A stretch of DNA of 17,334 nucleotides, from contig JBLIRO010000093.1 in the NCBI GenBank assembly GCA_049472335.1, positions 1 through 17,334 on the forward strand. The letters run 5' to 3'. The notes below the pieces were generated by a model, which searched no databases, was not told where the DNA came from, and saw only the letters and a program-made list of their open reading frames with translations. The translations under genes and the position numbers were made by a program. The DNA comes from a bacterium. GTDB lineage: Bacteria; SZUA-182; DTGQ01; JAFGSM01. Below, in pieces: positions 7,507 through 14,691 of this stretch; position 1 is the stretch's first letter; every line of letters begins with the position of its first letter.

Positions 7507-9291
7507 TCAGTTATCTTCTGTTTGGGATGGAAACGGGGGATTCTTTTGAAATAGATTCTTGAATTGCTCATCATAAAGTCTTTTGTATAAACCGTTTGAT
7601 CTTTGTACGAGGTCCTTGTGATTACCCGTCTCTATTATTTCCCCTCTGTTGAAAACAATGATTTTATCGGCTGATTGAATAGTGGAAAGCCTGTGGGCGA
7701 TTATAATGGTTGTCCGGTTCTTCATCAGCCGTTTTAAGGCTTCCTGGATAAGATTTTCCGATTCAGAGTCCAAGGATGAGGTGGCTTCATCCAAAATGAG
7801 GATGGGCGCGTTTTTTAAAAAGGCCCTTGCCAGGGCTATCCGCTGTCTCTGTCCCCCGGAAAGCTTGGTCCCGCCCTCACCGATCCCGGTTTGATATCCC
7901 TTTGGCAATTCCATTATAAACTCATGGGCATTGGCTGATATGGCTGCATCCCAGACCTCATCCTCGCCGGCGTTTTGTTTTCCCATAATGATATTTTCAT
8001 ATATATTTCCGGAAAACAAAACAGGTTCCTGAGGGACCAGCGCGATCTGCCTCCTTAGTGATTTAAGCTGGAAGTCGCGTATGTCCAGACCGTCAATGGT
8101 TATTGCACCTTCATTTACATCGTAAAAACGGGGGATTAGTTTTACAAAGGTTGACTTTCCTGCGCCGCTTGGACCTACCAGGGCAATAATACTGCCTTCG
8201 GGAATCTTCAGATTGATATCCTTTAATGTTGTCTGGGATTGATCATAACCGAAGCTTACACCGTTAAAATGAATCTCGCCTTTAACGGAGGCAATCTCTT
8301 CGGCATCGGGACGGTTCTGGATTTCCGGAAAGGTGCTGAAAACCTCATAGACCCTCTCTATGGCAGACAAAGAGTTTGCCAACTGGATATTTAATTCGGT
8401 TAGCCTGTTCAGGGGCTGATAAAACATCCCGAGATAGGCGTAAAAGGCGGTCAGCTCTCCAACTGTCAATTGACCGCGAATAACCTGCATGGCCCCGAAC
8501 CACACAACCAGAACAGGGGCAATGGAGGTCAGGAATCCTATTATTGCGGCAGCCATGGCGTTGTTTTTGATATTTGCGATGCGGTATAGCAGATACGCGT
8601 GATGTTCTGTGAAAAAATGATGCTCTTCGGATTTTTCACAGGTGAAAGATTGTATGATGGAAATGCCTCCCAGCTTTTCATGTACATGACCGGCGATCTT
8701 TTCCATCTTCTCTTCAGCCAGCTTGCTGGTCCTGCGGATACGTTTTTTGAAAAATTTATTGCAGGTTATATAAAAGGGAAAGATGGAAATGGAGACCAAT
8801 GCCAGCCGCCAGTTCATATAAAAGATGATCCCGGTAATCAGAAACAGGGAGCTTAGATCCATAATCGTATTGGTGAATGCGGCGCCCACAAAATTCTGGG
8901 CAATGGATATATCGCCCAACAAACGGGAGGCAATGGCCCCTATCTGCCTGTTTTCATAAAATCCCATTGACATCCGCTGTAGGTGCACATACAATTCATG
9001 CCTCAAATCGAAGATCAGCCTTTGTCCCGCCTGATCTGCCAGATAGGATCGAAAGTAGGTGACAATTGTCCAGAGAAAATATGCAAGAATAAGCATTATG
9101 ATTTTGAAATTGATTCGGGAGATATCCGGTGACGCGGCCGTAAGAAGATAATCGATTACATCCTTTAAGATCCAGGGGAAAAGCACGGGGATATTGTATT
9201 TCAACAGGCCGCACAACGTGGCGCCAACGATCCACCAGCGGTATGGCCTGGCATAGGATAGAAACTTTTTTAATGCAGGTTCAATTTTCAT
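7507..9291 (-). CDS. ABC exporter, fused TMD-NBD (MsbA/Sav1866-like)
   Basis: N-terminal TM domain (DLRHELYVHLQRMS), Walker A GPSGAGKS, Q-loop VPQE, signature LSGGQRQR, Walker B ILILDEATS and H-loop IAHRLST. Confidence 0.96.
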   Translation of the reverse strand: MKIEPALKKFLSYARPYRWWIVGATLCGLLKYNIPVLFPWILKDVIDYLLTAASPDISRINFKIIMLILAYFLWTIVTYFRSYLADQAGQRLIFDLRHELYVHLQRMSMGFYENRQIGAIASRLLGDISIAQNFVGAAFTNTIMDLSSLFLITGIIFYMNWRLALVSISIFPFYITCNKFFKKRIRRTSKLAEEKMEKIAGHVHEKLGGISIIQSFTCEKSEEHHFFTEHHAYLLYRIANIKNNAMAAAIIGFLTSIAPVLVVWFGAMQVIRGQLTVGELTAFYAYLGMFYQPLNRLTELNIQLANSLSAIERVYEVFSTFPEIQNRPDAEEIASVKGEIHFNGVSFGYDQSQTTLKDINLKIPEGSIIALVGPSGAGKSTFVKLIPRFYDVNEGAITIDGLDIRDFQLKSLRRQIALVPQEPVLFSGNIYENIIMGKQNAGEDEVWDAAISANAHEFIMELPKGYQTGIGEGGTKLSGGQRQRIALARAFLKNAPILILDEATSSLDSESENLIQEALKRLMKNRTTIIIAHRLSTIQSADKIIVFNRGEIIETGNHKDLVQRSNGLYKRLYDEQFKNLFQKNPPFPSQTEDN

Positions 9292-9508
9292 AATAATTTC
9301 CGGACAAGGTATTTATTATCATTTTACCTTTTGGGAAAAGATTTCTCCACTTGTATTTTGATCTTTTTTCTCCATGGTCCCTTCTAAACATAAAGATATT
9401 GTTGAATATGATCAATTCCGGATCGCGGATTGCAATTAAATCAGAAAAAGGTAAAATGGATTACGGACTGGATAGAAAAATACATAGAAAGACATAGGAG
9501 GTGAAAAG

Positions 9509-11047
9509 ATGTTTAAAAGGATACTTATTATATCCCTGATCACTGCTATTTTCATTATCTTTAGTGTCCCATTCTTTCATGGAGCGGAGTGCGGACTTCC
9601 CGGGAATTCCTTTTTAGCTAAGGGCATGGTCCCTTATGGAGTGGAAAACCCGCTGAATCTGTCAAAAAGACCCTTTTTTAAGAGTGACTATATTTTTTAT
9701 AAAGATGCCCAATATAAAGATACACAACAGCTTAAGATCGATGTCATGGCAGGCCTGAGCGGCATATTTCAATGGATAAAGGATAAGGCATTCGAGCTTT
9801 TCATAAATCAGGGCATTCAGGAGAAAGGCTCCCTGTCCGGTTATCTTTTTGCGTCTTTATTGAAGAGCATATTGCTCCTTCTCCTGGCGCTGCTGATATG
9901 GTGGACCGGACATTTAGGTTTCAGGTATCTCTCGAAGCATGCCGATTTTCTCAAAAGACAGTGCGCGGGATTCGAGACCCGGATTTCTTCCTATTTGAAT
10001 ATTATAAAAAAACTCTTTCATGCCTTTATTATAATTATGTTTTTTCTTTTGCTGCTGGAAGTCTGGGGGGTAAAGGTTTTTGAATTTTTGTCCGGATATT
10101 CAGGTCAGATTTATTCCCTGATCCGTATACCTCTTATACTATTATTGGCCGTGGTTTCGATACAAATTTCCAGATTTATCATTTCCAAACTGGAAGGGAT
10201 ATTGGGAGAGCGTATGAAGTTACGGCCGGGTCTTTCGGAAATAGAGATCAAGAAGCAGATAACCACTGTTGGGGAGCTCATTTATAAAGCCATTTTGATT
10301 ACCATATGGATTGTGGCAGTTATGATGATATTGAAAGAGCTGGGTTTTGATATCAAACCTATCCTTGCAGGCGCCGGTATTATAGGCCTTGCTGTTGGAT
10401 TCGGCGCCCAGAATCTGGTAAGAGATGTAATCAGCGGGTTGTTCATGATCATAGAAAACCAGATAAGGGTCGGCGATGTGGCCATCCTGAACGGCACAGG
10501 TGGCCTGGTGGAGGCGGTTAACCTCAGGACAACGGTTTTGAGAGGCCTCGATGGATCGATTCATATATTTCCCAATGGAACGGTTAATACCATATCGAAT
10601 ATGACCCATAATTTCTCATTCTATATCTTTGATATCGGTGTGGCATATAAAGAGGATGTGGACCGTGTGATCTCAATCCTGAAGGAACTTAGCGAGGCGA
10701 TCATGGCTGATCCGGTCTGTGGCCCGGAGATCCTTGAGCCCCTCGAAATACTGGGTTTGGACAAATTTGATGATTCGGCTGTCATTATAAAGGCCAGGAT
10801 AAAGACTAAGCCTATCAAACAATGGATGGTGGGCAGGGAGATGAATAAGAGGATCAAGAAACGATTTGACCAGGAAGGGGTGGAGATTCCATTCCCGCAC
10901 AGAACCGTATATTTTGGTGAAGCGAGCAAAGCCTTTGACATCCGCTTGGAACAAAACAGGAATAATGAGGTGATGGTTAAGAAATGGATACGGGATGTTC
11001 TGGCCGAAGACACACAGGGGAAAAATCAGGCAAAGGATGATGGATAG
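9509..11047 (+). CDS. Mechanosensitive ion channel, MscS family, with N-terminal extension
   Basis: TM3 motif ILAGAGIIGLAVGFGAQNLVRDVISG, then RVGD, GLVEAVNLRTT, IFPNG and EIPFP. SD AGGAGG. The N-terminus is signal-like with extra TM helices. Confidence 0.95.
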   Translation: MFKRILIISLITAIFIIFSVPFFHGAECGLPGNSFLAKGMVPYGVENPLNLSKRPFFKSDYIFYKDAQYKDTQQLKIDVMAGLSGIFQWIKDKAFELFINQGIQEKGSLSGYLFASLLKSILLLLLALLIWWTGHLGFRYLSKHADFLKRQCAGFETRISSYLNIIKKLFHAFIIIMFFLLLLEVWGVKVFEFLSGYSGQIYSLIRIPLILLLAVVSIQISRFIISKLEGILGERMKLRPGLSEIEIKKQITTVGELIYKAILITIWIVAVMMILKELGFDIKPILAGAGIIGLAVGFGAQNLVRDVISGLFMIIENQIRVGDVAILNGTGGLVEAVNLRTTVLRGLDGSIHIFPNGTVNTISNMTHNFSFYIFDIGVAYKEDVDRVISILKELSEAIMADPVCGPEILEPLEILGLDKFDDSAVIIKARIKTKPIKQWMVGREMNKRIKKRFDQEGVEIPFPHRTVYFGEASKAFDIRLEQNRNNEVMVKKWIRDVLAEDTQGKNQAKDDG

Positions 11048-11119
11048 TGGATAGTTGTTTAATATGCCCGGATTCGCGATTTTAATTGAAAGTATTGCCG
11101 GGTATGGTCTCTCACTGAC

Positions 11120-11179
11120 CATAAAAAAAGGCCCGCAATATATATGGTTTTATCCTAATATTGCGGGCCTTTTTTTATG
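11120..11179. terminator. Bidirectional intrinsic terminator between the convergent mscS and repeat-protein genes
   Basis: Perfect 22-bp inverted repeat CATAAAAAAAGGCCCGCAATAT (11120-11141) / ATATTGCGGGCCTTTTTTTATG (11158-11179), with a 16-nt loop and a T7 tract on each strand. Confidence 0.88.
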
Positions 11180-11266
11180 AGGGGGGAGGATGTAAATTCC
11201 TAAAGATTTACATGCTCGTGCCTTTTTATATCAATTCATTAGATACCTTTCCGTATCAGCTCATTA

Positions 11267-11878
11267 TTAGATAAGCGGAAGCATGGCTGTAGGCCATAAC
11301 CCGCCGGTTACAGGCACAGTCGCAGGTACCATAAGCCCAGTCGGCCAAATTGGAACACCGCCGAAAGTGGGAGTTGTGGGAACGGGAGCTGTAAATGTCG
11401 GAACAGTGGGTGTAAATGTTGGAAAAGTCGGTGCAAATGTTGGAAAAGTCGGTGTGAAAGTCGGTGTAAATGTCGGAACAGTCGGTGTGAATGTCGGAAC
11501 CGTTGGCACCATAATGGCTGTAGGCCAAAGTGAAATACCGCCACCGCCGAAAGTGGGAGCCGTAGGAACAGGAGCTGTAAATGTCGGAACAGTGGGCGTA
11601 AATGTTGGAAAAGTCGGTGTAAAAGTCGGAAGAGTCGTTGTAAATGTCGGAGCTGTTGGCAGCATAATGGCAGTAGGCCATAGTGAAATACCGCCTATTC
11701 CGAAAGTGGGAGTTGTTGGAACAGGTGCTCTTATGGTCGGGGTGATAGTAGGCACCATTAGTGCTGTAACTCCGGGAGCTGTTGTAACCGTTGTGATTAC
11801 GGCAAAACCAGTAGATGAAATAAAAATAAAAATCGTAATAATAAACAAACTCATGAGAAACAATTGAAGTGACTTCAT
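11267..11878 (-). CDS. Secreted Pro/Thr/Phe-rich repeat protein (203 aa), function unknown
   Basis: SD AGGAGG upstream of ATG 11878. Sec-type signal peptide MKSLQLFLMSLFIITIFIFISSTGFA. PTF/PTFT repeats, many of whose differences are synonymous in this frame. A terminator lies downstream. Confidence 0.85.
   Translation of the reverse strand: MKSLQLFLMSLFIITIFIFISSTGFAVITTVTTAPGVTALMVPTITPTIRAPVPTTPTFGIGGISLWPTAIMLPTAPTFTTTLPTFTPTFPTFTPTVPTFTAPVPTAPTFGGGGISLWPTAIMVPTVPTFTPTVPTFTPTFTPTFPTFAPTFPTFTPTVPTFTAPVPTTPTFGGVPIWPTGLMVPATVPVTGGLWPTAMLPLI
11340..11730. repeat. Nested intragenic repeats: ~21-nt units inside 186- and 153-nt super-units
   Basis: CCGAAAGTGGGAG recurs at 11361, 11547 and 11700. 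Between these are GTAAATGTCGGAACAGT / GTAAATGTTGGAAAAGTCGGT units. Confidence 0.9.
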
Positions 11879-12117
11879 TTAAGAATCCCTCCTAAACCCT
11901 TTTTAAATATTTTTTAAGTCAAAAAAAACAAAAAATTAAACACGTTTTACAAAAAGAATTATTTATAAAACAAGACTTTTTATAAATAGATTAAATTCAA
12001 TCACCCCCTTTTAACAATAAACTATCAATCCTGAGGGATAATGAATTCCTGTAATTCATAAAATTTTTTTTTGGCAGCATTATATTTGTTTAAAAATTCC
12101 TGCATCTTTTTAACATT

Positions 12118-12211
12118 AGTGGGGTCAGGTCCTGGAATATTGACAACGGGATCAGAGTAAATCGTAAATGATTTTTTTCCCCGTTGTCATATTTAAAAAC
12201 CTGACTCCACT
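12118..12211. repeat. 94-nt imperfect inverted repeat (REPIN/MITE-like hairpin)
   Basis: Outer arms AGTGGGGTCAGGT (12118-12130) / ACCTGACTCCACT (12199-12211) match at 12 of 13. Inner arms TGACAACGGG (12141-12150) / CCCGTTGTCA (12180-12189) are perfect. Confidence 0.8.
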
Positions 12212-12336
12212 TGAAATCCTATAAACAACTAAATTTTACTGTCTTTGAAATATCAGGACTTCTCAGGACTTCTTAAGAAAGTGAATATGAGCAGTCTCTT
12301 GAAAATCTTTTCAAGGTTTTTATATCTTCATATATC

Positions 12337-12380
12337 ATTATACCCTGTTAAGATTAAAGGAAGATTAAAATAAGATTAAA
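12337..12380 (-). promoter_or_regulatory. Activator-type promoter: three 11-bp-phased TTTAATCTT direct repeats plus TATAAT
   Basis: Plus-strand AAGATTAAA at 12350, 12361 and 12372. Minus-strand TATAAT at 12342-12337, 7 nt from the proximal repeat. Confidence 0.7.
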
Positions 12381-12537
12381 ATTTTTTAATGTATTTTTTA
12401 AACTAAAATAGATATACTTTTCTAAATAAAATTAGTATATTTTTTTATTGAAATTAAGGAATGAAAGATTGGTAAAAAGTAATTTCGGAGTCTAGGGCCT
12501 TTGTATGCTTTAAGATCTTTAAAGGGATACAACATTC

Positions 12538-12591
12538 AGGAGCCAGAAGGAACTTAAAAGATTAAATTCCGACTGCTTCCTTCTGGCTCCT
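12538..12591. terminator. 15-bp perfect inverted repeat downstream of the PKD gene (terminator or REP-like hairpin)
   Basis: AGGAGCCAGAAGGAA (12538-12552) / TTCCTTCTGGCTCCT (12577-12591) with a 24-nt loop. A short T tract is present only on the plus strand. Confidence 0.55.
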
Positions 12592-12641
12592 TTTCCCAAA
12601 CTGGGTTTTCAAGTTCAACTGGTTGACATTTATCAGTTCAG

Positions 12642-14075
12642 CTAATTATTGACTTTAGTCGGAGAAGCTATAGCTTCGTTGTCGCCCGGCAATGCATCAC
12701 GAATATACTGGATGTTGGCAGTCGCTTTGAATGTCACCTTTCCAATGATTGCATCCTCATTAGTAAATGTATATCTGAAGCTGAACCTGGTAGTTTTGTT
12801 CGATTGATTCACTGGTACAAACTGTATTAGAGTGCCGAAGTCCTGGAAACCATTCGGTGTACTCTTAGATATCATGACCTCAACGGTTTCAGGGTATCCT
12901 TTATTATTGATATCAACAAAGATTTGACGGGTCTGGCCGGCACTTGCCGCTTGTGGTGCGGTTATTCGAGTAATCGCCACATCGTGTGTCTCGACTCGGA
13001 TAATTTTGGATGTAGAACCTGTACGGCCATCGAATGTCGTGACCGTTAGTTTAACTGTGTAGCTCCCATCCATTGCATACCGGTGATTCGGACAGCATTC
13101 TGTGGCAGTCGTTCCATCTCCTAAGTCCCATAACCACGATTCGATACCTTTGTTGGCTGGATCGTAAGAGGAGTCATAGAACTGAACTGTATCAAAAAAG
13201 GATGGAGGATCAGGATAGAAATTGAAGTAAACCTTAGGCGGTGGGGCAACTCCAAGGTTAAACCGTAACTGACCACCCAGGTCGAATATGCCAACCTGGA
13301 AATAATAGGTAATCCCTTTATTTAATTTGAAGGTTAGCAAATCGTAATTGCTGTAGCGGCAATCTATCTCCATCAGGTTATCCAGGGAATTACCGGTGTA
13401 AACTGTGATCATGGACCAATATTCAACCCTGGCAGCAAGCGATATGTCTTCAGTAGCAGTAAAGACAAACCAGATACTACCGATCAACCTGTCGTATAGG
13501 CAGGATGGTATTGGCTCGCCGGTTTGGAGGCTCGCCCCTCCTATTTCTTCATTATAGCTAAAAGGAAGCGCATTGATTATAATAGCATCTGCAAAATCAT
13601 CATTTACCGGTGGCAGGATCTCCCGTACAGAAAACATCAGATACCCGCCTCCACTTCCACCGTATCCACAACAGTAACTTATAAGAAAATAGTAAGTTGT
13701 TCCTTCGATGGCCCTGAATCGTACCTTAACTGCATAGTTGCAGGTATCAGGGACAAGGCAAAGATTTCCACGCCTGCCAGTATAAACAGATATGACATTA
13801 TAATAATCACTGCCGAAAGTGTTAGCCTCAATCTTCATGTCTGTTGTCGGGGTGAATGCATACCACACAGAACCATTGTTGGAGCAATCATACGGATCGT
13901 CATATGACGATGTAGCCTCTATTGTTATTATCTCGTCATTGAACGGTAACATTTCGATGAGAGTAGCATTATCAAAGTCATCGTTTGCTGGCGGGGCTGC
14001 CATACTGATTAAAGGCAGGGTGAATACTACTAAGATTATAATACATATAAACATTTTGACATGCTTCCTGTTCAT
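12642..14075 (-). CDS. Secreted PKD-domain protein with two PPxNDDF beta-sandwich repeats and a C-terminal Ig/CARDB-like domain
   Basis: SD GGAGGA precedes ATG 14075 (preferred over TTG 14087). Signal peptide ends in LISMA. Repeats begin APPANDDFDNA and PPVNDDFADA. PKD motif VQFYDSSYDP..IESWLWDLGDG..PNHRY..GSYTVKLTVT, then HDVAITRITAP. Confidence 0.88.
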   Translation of the reverse strand: MNRKHVKMFICIIILVVFTLPLISMAAPPANDDFDNATLIEMLPFNDEIITIEATSSYDDPYDCSNNGSVWYAFTPTTDMKIEANTFGSDYYNVISVYTGRRGNLCLVPDTCNYAVKVRFRAIEGTTYYFLISYCCGYGGSGGGYLMFSVREILPPVNDDFADAIIINALPFSYNEEIGGASLQTGEPIPSCLYDRLIGSIWFVFTATEDISLAARVEYWSMITVYTGNSLDNLMEIDCRYSNYDLLTFKLNKGITYYFQVGIFDLGGQLRFNLGVAPPPKVYFNFYPDPPSFFDTVQFYDSSYDPANKGIESWLWDLGDGTTATECCPNHRYAMDGSYTVKLTVTTFDGRTGSTSKIIRVETHDVAITRITAPQAASAGQTRQIFVDINNKGYPETVEVMISKSTPNGFQDFGTLIQFVPVNQSNKTTRFSFRYTFTNEDAIIGKVTFKATANIQYIRDALPGDNEAIASPTKVNN

Positions 14076-14613
14076 ATTTTCCTCCAAATAAACATAAATA
14101 ATTAAAGATATAAAGATTCTTAACGGTCTTTCACTGCTTTTCTTGCAGAGCTTTTTTGCTATTTACGTCCTTCTATAGGTGAGTATAGGATTAGCAGCAT
14201 CTTTTTGCCTGAAACAAAATTATCTTGATATCTGAAATAATTGGAAGTGGGCCAATATTAACCTGAATATTTTCATCTTTACAACTACAACTAATAAAAT
14301 GAGGTCTCTATTATAAGTGGAAGGTTATTCTGCCTATCTGATTGAAATCTTCTTATAATCCAAAAGTGCTTGATAAAAACCGGTTAGATTCTATACTAAT
14401 TCCTACAGAAAATTTTTATTTTTTTCACACCCCCTCCTTTTTATATAAGGCTCCTCTTTATCCGACAGATAAAGGAAAAGGGATTGTATTGCTTATTTCA
14501 GTTTGATCTGAACAGTTTCTATCCCTCTATAGTTAGAAAATACAGAAATTATATTATTCCAGCGTAATCCTTTAATTAATAACTTAATCAAATGACACTG
14601 CATTCATTTTATA

Positions 14614-14658
14614 ATTATATCCGGAGAAAGGTTAAAACAAGATTAAAATAGAATTAAA
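14614..14658 (-). promoter_or_regulatory. Second copy of the three-repeat plus TATAAT promoter
   Basis: Plus-strand AAGGTTAAA (14628), AAGATTAAA (14639) and AGAATTAAA (14650), with an 11-bp period. Minus-strand TATAAT at 14619-14614, 8 nt from the proximal repeat. An inverted copy TTTTAATCTT follows at 14662. Confidence 0.65.
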
Positions 14659-14691
14659 AAATTTTAATCTTGTATAGAAATCTAAGCGGTT

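Noticed and set aside
9405..11090. Loose similarity between sequences flanking mscS (CGGATCGCGGATTGCAATTAAA vs CGGATTCGCGATTTTAATTGAA)
   Set aside because: Too degenerate to support a target-site duplication or element boundary.
11340..11730. Repeat array considered as a possible CRISPR
   Set aside because: Units are codon-phased, degenerate and tandem, with no unique spacers and no cas genes.
11283..11867. 194-aa plus-strand Val/Gly-rich ORF, and the alternative minus frames 11256-11681 and 11308-11544
   Set aside because: These are shadows of the repeat gene, since repetitive codons lack stops in other frames. Only 11267-11878 has an SD and a signal peptide.
11879..14613. c-di-GMP or other known riboswitch in the two long upstream regions
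   Set aside because: I could not find the GEMM-type GAAA-tetraloop/GCAAA-receptor pattern or another recognisable aptamer by eye. An Rfam search is needed to exclude this fully.
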